From Pachysolen tannophilus NRRL Y-2460 (Eukaryota): a stretch of DNA of 64,000 bases. The notes under the pieces were generated by a model that was not told the origin of the DNA, did not search any database, and saw only the letters and a list, made by a program, of their open reading frames with translations. The translations under genes and the position numbers were made by a program. Where the stretch lies: contig KV454017.1 in the NCBI GenBank assembly GCA_001661245.1, forward strand, positions 837,903-901,902. Direction: 5' to 3'. Below are positions 10,767 through 21,116 of the stretch, piece after piece (position 1 is the first letter of the stretch; every line of letters starts with the position of its first letter).

Positions 10767-11519
10767 ATGGTTCATAAATTAATTTTACTTAGACATGGTC
10801 AATCTGACTGGAATGAAAAAAATTTATTTACTGGTTGGGTTGATGTGAAATTATCTAAAAAGGGTGAAGAAGAAGCTGCAAATGGTGGTAAATTATTAAA
10901 AGAATCTGGTTTAAAACCTGATATTTTATATACTTCAAAATTAACAAGAGCAATTGAGACTGCAAATATTGCTTTAAATGAAGCTGATAGATTATTTATC
11001 CCTGTTGTTAGGTCGTGGAGATTAAACGAAAGACATTATGGTGCTTTACAAGGTAAGGATAAAGCAGAAACATTAGCTCAATATGGTCAAGAACAATTTA
11101 TGACTTGGAGAAGATCTTATGATGTTCCACCTCCACCTATTGAAGATCATTCCAAATTTTCTCAATTTGGTGATGAAAGATATAGTGATATTGCACCAGA
11201 AGCATTACCAAAAACTGAATCTTTAGCATTAGTTATTGATAGATTATTACCATTTTGGCAAGATGTTATTGCTAAAGATTTATTAGATGGTAAAACAGTT
11301 TTAATTGCTGCTCATGGTAATTCTTTAAGAGGTTTGGTTAAACATTTGGATAATATCTCAGATAAAGATATTTCAGCATTAAACATTCCAACTGGTATTC
11401 CCCTTGTTTACGAATTAGATGATAATTTAAAACCAATTAAACCTTCTTATTATTTGGATCCAGAAGCTGCAGCTGCAGGTGCCGCCGCTGTTGCTGCTCA
11501 AGGTCAAAAGAAGAAATAG
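10767..11519 (+). CDS. GPM1: 2,3-BPG-dependent phosphoglycerate mutase
   Basis: [10 protein letters not shown] catalytic His motif, [34 protein letters not shown]. Confidence 0.97.
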   Translation: MVHKLILLRHGQSDWNEKNLFTGWVDVKLSKKGEEEAANGGKLLKESGLKPDILYTSKLTRAIETANIALNEADRLFIPVVRSWRLNERHYGALQGKDKAETLAQYGQEQFMTWRRSYDVPPPPIEDHSKFSQFGDERYSDIAPEALPKTESLALVIDRLLPFWQDVIAKDLLDGKTVLIAAHGNSLRGLVKHLDNISDKDISALNIPTGIPLVYELDDNLKPIKPSYYLDPEAAAAGAAAVAAQGQKKK

Positions 11520-12266
11520 ATTAATACAATTAATTAACAATTTTATATAAGTACGTACGTTTTATATCTAACCTTTTTTTTTGGTTTTGTTTAGTTTTTA
11601 ATTATTATTTCTCTCTTTTGTTTAAATATATATCTGCCAAACTAACGGTTATATATATATAAATATATATTATAAATTAAATTAAATTAAATTAAAAGAA
11701 GGGTTCATTCACCCTTCTTTTAATTTTTTTCTTTTTTTACGTTTTTGCGCTTTTAATTTTGATAAGGAAAATATATTATTATTATTTATTTTAAAAAAAA
11801 AACTTATCCTTTAAAAATTGATTAAGTTGATTCAAGTGGCTGCTAAACATAATAATTGGAACAAAGCCTAATTCAATTAATATTAATATCAAATAAAATA
11901 AAGCGCTTTAAAAGTAATTTATAAAAAATTATTAAGAATAAAAAAAAAATTTTTTGTTTAAAAGAAAAAAAAAAAAAGACTAAAATAATTATTGCCTCGA
12001 TTGATTTAAAACAAAAAATTGATCCCTCTCCTTTCTTTTATAATTGATATATCATAATTATATGATTTTTATATATTTATATATATTTAATTAAAAGATC
12101 GCAAATCAAAAGAAAGAGATTAAAATTGTTAGAAGCTTGGATTTTTATATTAATTTTGATTGAATTATTTGTGAAAAAGGTATAAATAAGGTACCTTTTT
12201 ATCAATTTTAATTTAATTTAATTTAATTTATTTTATTTTTTTTTTTATCTTTATTTTGTCCAAATC

Positions 12267-14030
12267 ATGTCGGAAGTTAAAAATGTTGATGTTATTACAA
12301 GAGCTAAATTGACTTTAACAAAATATCAAACTTTGAATAATCTTTCATTAGCATCATTATCCAATCAATATAATGAAAATTCTGCTTATTTTACAAGAAC
12401 TTTATTATGGAAATCATTATTATTATTTGATAGATCAACATTTGATCATTCAATCCTTGATAATTTAAGTTTAAATTTACGTATATTAAAACAAAGAAGA
12501 AAATTATTTGATAATTATTTAAATAAAGAATTTATAATACCTTGGAATCAATTATCAAAAGATTCAAGATTTTATAGAAATATGGGATTTAATGATGGAC
12601 AAGATATAACTACAATATATAGGCCAAATAGAGAAACAGTTTTAAATGATCCTTTATCTGCAAATCATCCTGAAAAATTACAAAATGATAAAGATACTTT
12701 AGAAACAATAATTAGAGATGTTGAAAGATTATTCCCACAATTAAAAAATTTATTTATAAATAATTTTGAAAATAAAGTAAAAATAATAGAAATTTTATTT
12801 GTATGGTATAAATTAAATAATAAAGATTATAAACAAGGAATGCATGAAATTCTTGGTTTAATTTTTAAATCAATGATTGAAGAATGTATATCACCAATGA
12901 GAAAAGAAGAATTTTCAAAAGATGATTTAATGCTGGATATTTTTAATTTATATGATCTGAATTATTTACAAAGTGATTGTTTTTCAATTTTTCAATTAAT
13001 AATTTCAAAAGCATATACAAATTATTATGATGAAACATTATTATTACAAGAATCAATTAAATTTAATTTAAAATTACATGAATTAGATAAATTTTTATAT
13101 CATATTTTAATTACTAAATTAAAAATTGATTCTTCAATTTGGTTAATTAGATATTTTAGATTATTATTATTAAGAGAATTAGGTTTAGAAGAAGGTGTAA
13201 TAATATGGGATAAATTAATTGCATTTGGTTCATTAAAATCTTCAAAATTAAAAGAACCTTTTGATATGACTTTATTATTACAATATATTATTATGATTTT
13301 ATTATGGAAATTGAAAAAACAAATATTAGAATCTGATTATGGAGAATCAATGTATTTATTACTTCATTATCCAACTGATGTATCCCATAGTAATACTAAT
13401 GTTAAAATGTCAAAGAAAAAAGAACCATGGTTTCAAGTTGAAAAAATTAAAATTGATGGAGAATCATTAATTCAAGATAGTATATTCATGTTTAATTCTT
13501 CTTCAAATTTACCTGAAGTTAGCAAAATCTTGATTCATAAATATGATAGCACAACTAGTAGTAGTAACAATAATACATCAAGAAAGGGACTTAGTTTTGA
13601 TTCCAAAAAAAAGAAACGTTTAAGTATGAATGGTGGTAACCTTAATGGGAACCCAATTACTAACGGATCGGCAGCTGCATTTATAAATAATACTGCAAAT
13701 GAGAACCTGAACGGAAATGAAAATAAAAACGGAAATGGTAATAATAATAATAAGGGTAATGGTAACGGTAATGGAAATAAGGGGTTCAACGGTAATGGCA
13801 ATGGCAATGGTAATGGTTACAATTACAACCATAGTCATCGCTCCGGTAGCGGTGACGACGGTAATACCAATGCAGGCACAAATTTCAACGCATTGGAAAA
13901 CCCAACGGAGAATATAAACCTCAACAACGTTGCTCCAAAAGCTTCCAGTGGTCCTGCTGACTTTGATAAGACAAGATTAGAGATGAGATTGAAAAAAAGG
14001 GTTAGTGCGATTATGAACAAAAATAAGTAG
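12267..14030 (+). CDS. GYP6: TBC-domain Rab GTPase-activating protein (Gyp6-like)
   Basis: TBC motifs IIRDVERLFP (Arg finger) and YKQGMHEIL (Gln finger), plus WLIRYFRLLLLRE. Lies near NSP1 and MHP1, as GYP6 does in S. cerevisiae. Confidence 0.75.
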   Translation: MSEVKNVDVITRAKLTLTKYQTLNNLSLASLSNQYNENSAYFTRTLLWKSLLLFDRSTFDHSILDNLSLNLRILKQRRKLFDNYLNKEFIIPWNQLSKDSRFYRNMGFNDGQDITTIYRPNRETVLNDPLSANHPEKLQNDKDTLETIIRDVERLFPQLKNLFINNFENKVKIIEILFVWYKLNNKDYKQGMHEILGLIFKSMIEECISPMRKEEFSKDDLMLDIFNLYDLNYLQSDCFSIFQLIISKAYTNYYDETLLLQESIKFNLKLHELDKFLYHILITKLKIDSSIWLIRYFRLLLLRELGLEEGVIIWDKLIAFGSLKSSKLKEPFDMTLLLQYIIMILLWKLKKQILESDYGESMYLLLHYPTDVSHSNTNVKMSKKKEPWFQVEKIKIDGESLIQDSIFMFNSSSNLPEVSKILIHKYDSTTSSSNNNTSRKGLSFDSKKKKRLSMNGGNLNGNPITNGSAAAFINNTANENLNGNENKNGNGNNNNKGNGNGNGNKGFNGNGNGNGNGYNYNHSHRSGSGDDGNTNAGTNFNALENPTENINLNNVAPKASSGPADFDKTRLEMRLKKRVSAIMNKNK

Positions 14031-14318
14031 ATATTTAAAAGTATGGAAACCCTTAATTTCAATACCTTCAAGTTATTAGTTATATACGATATATAGATAT
14101 ATATATATAGATATATGAGTGTGAGTGTATGTATATCTTTGTGTGTTTTTTTGTGTTTATGTGTTTTTAATATAATATATAATTCACAGATAAAAAATTG
14201 AAAGAATTTAAAAAAAAAATTTAAAAGAGTAAAGAAAAGAAAAGAAAAGAGGAAAATAATAATGTGTAATATTGGAGTAAATTGATGATAGAGATTGATA
14301 AATTAGGTTGTAAGTAAA

Positions 14319-16823
14319 ATGTCATCATGGCCAAGTAAGAAAGGTTTAGGGGTTCAACTAAGTTATGGTGTTGATGGTAGTGCTTTATACCTTCCTCGCG
14401 TTAATCAAGAGTATCCATTTATATTTGCTAAAGAAAGAAATTTAGGAGTGAATTTACACAAGGTTGAATACTCTACTGAGAAGTTGAACATAGATACAAA
14501 GTTGCATAATAATTATGATAACGTTAGTGGTAGAAATTATGGTAAGAATGAGGAAAAAATATTTGGTAATGAGGATGAGTTGTATATATCTGAGGAGTTG
14601 TTGAAATTTTTCAATAAGGAATCAAGTCAATTTTTATCCAATTTAATTTACGATCCAAATATTGATGGTTTAATGAAAATCAGTCTAGTAAAAATCAAAA
14701 AATTTGATACTTCTCAAGCAGTTATTGGATATTCTTCTGGTATAACTGGTAATATTCTGAATGTTTCGGTATTGACAAATAAGAAAACGAAAATAGTTGA
14801 TAAGACTACTAATAAAGTATATGAGATTTTAAAACCAGAATTTTTAAAACCTTTCCAAATAGATGTCATTTCAACTATAAAACAAATTGAATTTTCTAGA
14901 AATTATTACGAAGAAGAATTGCTGTGTCCCTATATGGCCATAAGAACTAACGACACTGTTTATATTTTAAAAATTTTCTTAAAAAATAAAAAAGATGAAG
15001 TCAATTTAGAATTAATTGGTGATCTTTCAAGTGATTCGTTTCATAATGAAATATTTGCAGATTTGGAATTTAATCCTTGGGATTTTACACAATTTGGTAT
15101 AATTGATATCAGAGGAAATTTTGGCATTTATAATATCAGGGAAAGAAATTTGGCAACATTGGTAAAGCTGAAAATTTCAGATGATGAAACTACTACATCT
15201 ATATATAACCCAGAAGAATTGTCAAATTTTAAAAAAATTAAATGGAGTTATGATTTGAATTCGATTTTCTTGATGGATAGATCATCGATTTATAGCTATA
15301 ATTTGAAAGATTTCACAATGATAAATTTAATCAGTGCAAATACCTGGTCAAAACTTTTAGATTTTGTTAATATCAACGATAAACTTTCAATATTATTGAC
15401 TTCAAAAGAAATCATAGTTGTAGATTTATCGGTATTAAATAAGGCACAAAGATTGATGTCTTGGAAACATTTTTTGAATGATAAAGATCCATCTTTAAAA
15501 ATTTCAATTTTGCAATTCAATAAGCAGCCTGATGATTTCTTAGTAATGATTTATTCCCAAACTCACTCATTAGTTTACTGCATAAAATTTGGTTTTAGAG
15601 ATGGTTTCATAAAATGTTTAAATGATCCTTTCCCAATAATATTAAATAACCAAGATGGTAGTCCTTTACAAAGTATTTTAACGGTGCCAATAGACTCTGT
15701 CGATGATGATATCCAGTTTTGCCTGTTATTCGAAATGAGCACAGATTTGGAAATTTTTGTGTCTATATATTCCACTATATCCAATGGTTCAATTTTGAGT
15801 ACTAATGAGAGAATAATTGAAAAAGAAGAAGAGGAGATTAAAAGATCCATTTCCCCAATAACAGTAGAAGCAGGTAACGTCAATAATAATAGTATCGTTT
15901 CTGGTGAAAATAGTTATTTGAGAATTAGTAAGACACAGTTGAAAGCTTTGTATTCTAAGTTAACTGAAAACGATGATATTTCTAGGAACTCCGACGACAC
16001 AACGGAAGAAGAAGAACAACAACAAGAACAAGATGAAGAAGAAGGCACTTCAAAGATTCAAAAATATGCCTTCAATATTAGTTCAACTTTGAATAATATA
16101 ATTCAAAGCGAGGATGAAGAAACTCCTTTCAAAACTTTGTTTGAGATAAGCGATGAATTTCCAACCAATTTAAGAGACTTTCCTGAACTAGATTCCATGA
16201 TTGAACAATTAATTGATCATTTCAAAGATTTGAGTTTTTACAATATTGATGATCTTAGGATACCCAATTTAATATCTGATGTTGATGGACAATATTCCAT
16301 TGCTAATATATTTAATTTTTTACTAAAGATATGGAAAGGTTCTAGTGTTGATGTTTCCGATAGTGATTTAAGAAAAATTGGAAAAATTTCACAATTTTTA
16401 GGATCTTCATTAGTGATATTTGGTAAGAAATCAAATGATTTTCTTCATCAGAAACAAATAAATACCCTATCACAGAAGTTACCAAAAGAGCTATCTAGGA
16501 TGGTTGATGATTGGGGAAGTGAATATACAACCGATGACCTCGAGAATAGCCTTGATGATAATACGCAGAGAAGTAGCATTTATACTTCTTCGACGCTACC
16601 ATCAGTTAAAGTGGCAGGGAGGGCTAGAACTAATACAGTTGGTCAAAAATCTTCATTGATAGGAGGAGTTTATAGTCAGCTACTGTCATCGCAGCTGTCA
16701 GATAATGACGGATCCCAAAGGGTTGTATCTACGCAAATTGAAAGGGGTAATTTCGCTGATAGAAACAAGAGAACCGTTTTAAATAAAAAGAAGAAGAAGA
16801 AGAAGAAGGGTGGTTTTGCTTAG
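14319..16823 (+). CDS. RRN6: RNA polymerase I core factor subunit Rrn6
   Basis: N-terminal WPSKKGLGVQLSYG, beta-propeller-like ADLEFNPWDFTQFGIIDIRGNF, LMSWKHFLNDKDPSLK, and C-terminal SQ-rich tail ending KKKKKKGGFA. Confidence 0.8.
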   Translation: MSSWPSKKGLGVQLSYGVDGSALYLPRVNQEYPFIFAKERNLGVNLHKVEYSTEKLNIDTKLHNNYDNVSGRNYGKNEEKIFGNEDELYISEELLKFFNKESSQFLSNLIYDPNIDGLMKISLVKIKKFDTSQAVIGYSSGITGNILNVSVLTNKKTKIVDKTTNKVYEILKPEFLKPFQIDVISTIKQIEFSRNYYEEELLCPYMAIRTNDTVYILKIFLKNKKDEVNLELIGDLSSDSFHNEIFADLEFNPWDFTQFGIIDIRGNFGIYNIRERNLATLVKLKISDDETTTSIYNPEELSNFKKIKWSYDLNSIFLMDRSSIYSYNLKDFTMINLISANTWSKLLDFVNINDKLSILLTSKEIIVVDLSVLNKAQRLMSWKHFLNDKDPSLKISILQFNKQPDDFLVMIYSQTHSLVYCIKFGFRDGFIKCLNDPFPIILNNQDGSPLQSILTVPIDSVDDDIQFCLLFEMSTDLEIFVSIYSTISNGSILSTNERIIEKEEEEIKRSISPITVEAGNVNNNSIVSGENSYLRISKTQLKALYSKLTENDDISRNSDDTTEEEEQQQEQDEEEGTSKIQKYAFNISSTLNNIIQSEDEETPFKTLFEISDEFPTNLRDFPELDSMIEQLIDHFKDLSFYNIDDLRIPNLISDVDGQYSIANIFNFLLKIWKGSSVDVSDSDLRKIGKISQFLGSSLVIFGKKSNDFLHQKQINTLSQKLPKELSRMVDDWGSEYTTDDLENSLDDNTQRSSIYTSSTLPSVKVAGRARTNTVGQKSSLIGGVYSQLLSSQLSDNDGSQRVVSTQIERGNFADRNKRTVLNKKKKKKKKGGFA

Positions 16824-17042
16824 TTTTGCATAGTTTTGCTTGTTCCATATTATTTGCGAGTCTGGTATATGTATTTTTATTCTATTTCCATAACAGCTAC
16901 TAGATACTTCTATCTATATAAATGTATAATAGTTATACCATACTTAATTCATAAAACTAAAAAATCAAAAACATTTTCTAAATCCTCTGTATCCATAATT
17001 CGTAATCTATAGTTGCACATTAATTTCAAGTTTCCTTTTGAA

Positions 17043-19877
17043 TCAATCGGAAAAAATTAAGATGTCTATAATTTCATTTCTTCTCTTTTTTAAGTTCCTA
17101 GCTCTTGAATCCAATACCATCTTCTTTCTCGAAATTTTCATTGGCAATGATATCAAAATTTCTTTGAACTTTTCCAAGATTAAACTCCTGGTGAACTTGT
17201 TATCAACACTATCACCACCGCAATTTAAATAGCAAACTTTCAAAAAATTACATAAAAATATCAAAACATTTGCTCTAAGACCTGGTAATAACTCTGAAAG
17301 ATGTAATACGATATCTTCTTTTGACTTGAACATCCTGAAACTCCCATTGACATTGTCATTGCTGTCATTCGAGAGTTTCTGATTTCCCTTTGAATAGTAG
17401 CTATTAATTAACTCAATAGCAATATCAGGAGGAACAACACCACCTTCGAGGTTATTAAGTAAAATTAACAATATTTTGGAAACCGCACGAGTGGCGCTAT
17501 GCTTATAAGCCAAATTCTCTATGTCTAAACGTTTAATATCTAAATCTGCATTTGCATCAATATCGCTCATTATTTCAATTTCCAATTCAGTTAATTTGTA
17601 GAATTCTGCCTTTTCGAAATCAAACATCTCATCATAGCTGTTACCACTTAAAAAATCAACCAATTGATATATTTGTTTTGGTATTCCACCAAAAGTGGTA
17701 GTAGCCGAGGAGACAGAAAGTTTTTTAACATCAGAAGATGGAGCAGAAGTTTCAACATCGGTTGAATTGGAATCAGTAATATCTAAAGTATTACTATCAA
17801 CTGTCTTCAACAGTTCGTTAAGCAAATCTAATGATTTACCAAAATAAGTATCTCGGGCAGTGAACTTATAACTGATAAAGAAATCTTGAGCATTATGAAC
17901 TCTTAAGATTGAAGTATGACTAAATGATGGTAATCCTATGGGTAAAGTAGCTCTTATGGTAATCGTCAGAGATTCTCCAATTGGAAGATCCCCATTTTTT
18001 GGATCCAATTCTAAAATGTGAAAAAATTCATTTTCATATTTTGCAAAAGGTTGTTCATTAAGGTCAATTAACTCCCAGGATAATTTAGTATCACCATTAT
18101 TTTTCAAAACTGTTGTTAGCTCTGTAGGTGCTAAGATTGGCACTTCAGTTGCCTCAAGATCCAAATCAGAGATTTCGACAGTAGGTCTCGAATCATTTTC
18201 CAATTTATCAGTTTCTTTGAAATATTTAGACATTATTTCTGATCTTTTTTCGTAATCTATCAACGGTATTTGAGATAACTTAAAATCTGCAACCACTGGT
18301 TTGTGATCTGAAGAATTGAAATCCATGATACTATTATAATTTGTCTGGTCTAATTTCTCATGATCCGTATATAAGATTCTATCTGTATATGCTGGGCTTC
18401 TTGTAAGGTCATAATCCAAAGATTTGAATTTGTAAGTTGGCTTAAATTTTATTGGACCTTCTTTAAAATCTAAGAAAATTTTACCTCCTTGTTTTTCTTG
18501 GGAAAGACCATCAAATTTCAACATTTTATCAATACCTTCATCGTTATTATCTAAATATTCATCAATTGTTGTTCTTTCTAAGAAAATTCTATAATTTAAA
18601 TCTCCACAAACAAAAATAATACTATCTGTAGTATCTTTAGAAGAATCTTTAACATCTGATTCTTGAACGTTTAATTTTTCCTTTTCAGTATTGTTTGAAG
18701 ATGAAGTTGGAGCAGTTTTCTTTTGATCAACGATTTGAAACATTTCATCATCATTTTCCTCTGGATCCAGTAAATTCATGGAATAAAGTAAACTATTAAT
18801 ATTTTCATTATCTTGATTTTCATATAAAGTTTCATAGACATATTCTTCATTGTATGATTCAATCCATTTTTCATTAGCCAATTTTCCTCTTCCATCAATT
18901 TTCAATTTTTTCTCAATATCAAATAATTCATTTCTTCTATGAATTAATACATCTTTACTCAGTCCAGAAGCTAAATGACAATTCAAAAATTGTATCAGTA
19001 AACCTTTTGTATTTGATAAATCATCTGATCCAATTTTAAAATCTATTGAAATTGAGCCTTTATTAGCCCATACTCCTAATAAACCTGTTCCGAGGGATTT
19101 CGTATTTATATGACCAATTTGTTTTGAATATTTTTGCTTCAGTAAGACAATTGATGTTAAACCTAATAATCTATTTGTCTTTATAGATATAAAAGAATCA
19201 TCATTATCAGATTTGGTAGTTTTATTTAAAATTGAAAGTAAAATTGTTACCCAACCTTTAACTCTTTCTGGAGAAGAATGAAGATTTGTAGCAGTTAATG
19301 GTACAGTTTCTTGGAAACAGAAAAAATATAAATCTGCAAAACTTCCATCTTCTAAAATTAAAAGCTTTCCAAATTCTTCATCTGAATTTTCATATATAGG
19401 TTTACCAAATAAATTCCAAGTTACCAGTCTTAATATTAAATCACCTGGAATAATAAATCCATCTTTATTTTCTGATAACCTTCGGGATAATGAAGAACTT
19501 GAATTATTTATTTGTTCATCTACTTCCCCAACATTTTCATCTTGATAATTTGCAGTATTACCACTATTAAGTCTTCTCTCATTTATCATCTTTAACCCAT
19601 TATCCCATTGCATCTTGAAAAATTTTAATTCATTAACTCTATCTCTACCCAATACCCCAACCAAATTATCGTTTAAATATACTTGATACTTCCCACTAGA
19701 ATTCCTAACTTCTAATTTATCCTTAATAGATAATTTCTTCAAATCCTGTTGAGATAACGGTAATTCATTATTTAATTGAATGGCAAACCTCGGTACATCT
19801 CCAGGATCCTCACTGGAATTTTCACTGGAATCTGCCGGAAAGTAGTACAACGTCCTTTGGTCTGTCTTCAACAACAT
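17043..19877 (-). CDS. OCRL/INPP5B-type inositol polyphosphate 5-phosphatase with ASH and RhoGAP-like domains (first ATG 19877)
   Basis: 5-phosphatase motifs VTWN, FQE, NKGSI, NCHLA, GDLNYRI, PAYTDRIL and SSDHKPV. These are followed by LENDSRPTVEIS (ASH entry) and IPKQIYQLVDFL (start of the RhoGAP-like domain). Confidence 0.82.
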   Translation of the reverse strand: MLLKTDQRTLYYFPADSSENSSEDPGDVPRFAIQLNNELPLSQQDLKKLSIKDKLEVRNSSGKYQVYLNDNLVGVLGRDRVNELKFFKMQWDNGLKMINERRLNSGNTANYQDENVGEVDEQINNSSSSLSRRLSENKDGFIIPGDLILRLVTWNLFGKPIYENSDEEFGKLLILEDGSFADLYFFCFQETVPLTATNLHSSPERVKGWVTILLSILNKTTKSDNDDSFISIKTNRLLGLTSIVLLKQKYSKQIGHINTKSLGTGLLGVWANKGSISIDFKIGSDDLSNTKGLLIQFLNCHLASGLSKDVLIHRRNELFDIEKKLKIDGRGKLANEKWIESYNEEYVYETLYENQDNENINSLLYSMNLLDPEENDDEMFQIVDQKKTAPTSSSNNTEKEKLNVQESDVKDSSKDTTDSIIFVCGDLNYRIFLERTTIDEYLDNNDEGIDKMLKFDGLSQEKQGGKIFLDFKEGPIKFKPTYKFKSLDYDLTRSPAYTDRILYTDHEKLDQTNYNSIMDFNSSDHKPVVADFKLSQIPLIDYEKRSEIMSKYFKETDKLENDSRPTVEISDLDLEATEVPILAPTELTTVLKNNGDTKLSWELIDLNEQPFAKYENEFFHILELDPKNGDLPIGESLTITIRATLPIGLPSFSHTSILRVHNAQDFFISYKFTARDTYFGKSLDLLNELLKTVDSNTLDITDSNSTDVETSAPSSDVKKLSVSSATTTFGGIPKQIYQLVDFLSGNSYDEMFDFEKAEFYKLTELEIEIMSDIDANADLDIKRLDIENLAYKHSATRAVSKILLILLNNLEGGVVPPDIAIELINSYYSKGNQKLSNDSNDNVNGSFRMFKSKEDIVLHLSELLPGLRANVLIFLCNFLKVCYLNCGGDSVDNKFTRSLILEKFKEILISLPMKISRKKMVLDSRARNLKKRRNEIIDILIFSD

Positions 19878-21116
19878 TTTTCTTTCCAAAAAAGAAAAAA
19901 AAAGACCTATCTACTTCTAACTCCAAGAACAAAGAACTTCAATCTCAGAAAAAATAAAATACAAAAAAAAAAAAAAAAAAAAATTTGAATTAAAATTTTA
20001 ATCAACTTGCAATTTGAATTGTTTAATACCAATATCAAAACCCATTATTAGATTTCATACATACATACATACTTACATACATATTTTCTCTAGCATGCAA
20101 TTTCTATTGTATAATCTCAAGCCGGAAAAAATAAGAAAAAATAAAAAAAAGAAAACTTCCTAAATGGGACATTCTGGTATAACCATGCACGTCTATTGGG
20201 AAATGTTTTTTTTTAAAAACCAATAGTAGTGCTCCAAACGACACTTTTCCCGATCGGTAGTTTTCCCCCCAAAATAGCAAAATGGTAATTTGACTATTTG
20301 CGCACTGGGGAAAAGAGCGGACATAAAGAAAGAAAAAGAAGAAGAAGAGCTAACCCTTTTTGTAGGTTGAATAAACTGTAAATAGTATTTTTTTTGCGAG
20401 AAATAATCTTGTTTAAATCAAATTAATGTATATGATAATTTTTTAAAATAGGTATATCTCAGCAACATTTTTTTCTATGAATGATCAATCAACCAACTTA
20501 TTTATTAATTCAGTGAATTGTACTTTTAAATCTTTAGTACCGCTTCTGTTCCCCGGAAATCAAATTTTTCATATAAATGTGCACGCAGGAGAAAAATTAA
20601 AAAAAAAAGTAAGATGACATTTTCTATTGTAACCTGAAAGAATAATACCGTATCTTCTTTACTGGGCCGATTAGGAAAAAAGGTATATATTCAATCTCAG
20701 GTTTTATTAAAAGTCATTTAATGTAGAGACTTGGTTCTTTATAAAGTGTTAGAACCGATAGTAAGAAATTAAGAAGTTTTTCGGCTTTTTTTTTTCTGCT
20801 TTTTTCATTATATAATTTAAAATTGAATAATACCAATTTTACATCGCTATTCCCCACGCATTTCTCAAAGTTTTAAGTTATAAAATAATTTTTCCTTATA
20901 ATTTTTTTTAATCGTTTCATTTATTACCTTAAAAGCTGAAATATATTACCTAATAGCATAGAAACTTATCATTTATCACATCTTTTTTTTTATATATATA
21001 TTTTTTTTTTTTTTTATATTTTTTGCTTTTTTGGTTGTTCTTCCTTTTATTATTATTATTATTATTATTGACTGGCTTTTTGTCTTTTTATTAATCGAAA
21101 GCAAAAAATACTTATA

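Noticed and set aside
20055..20085. GTATGT/GTAAGT donor-like repeats upstream of the OCRL-like gene (minus strand)
   Set aside because: A (TACA)n microsatellite. No TACTAAC branchpoint lies between it and the ORF, so an intron is unsupported.
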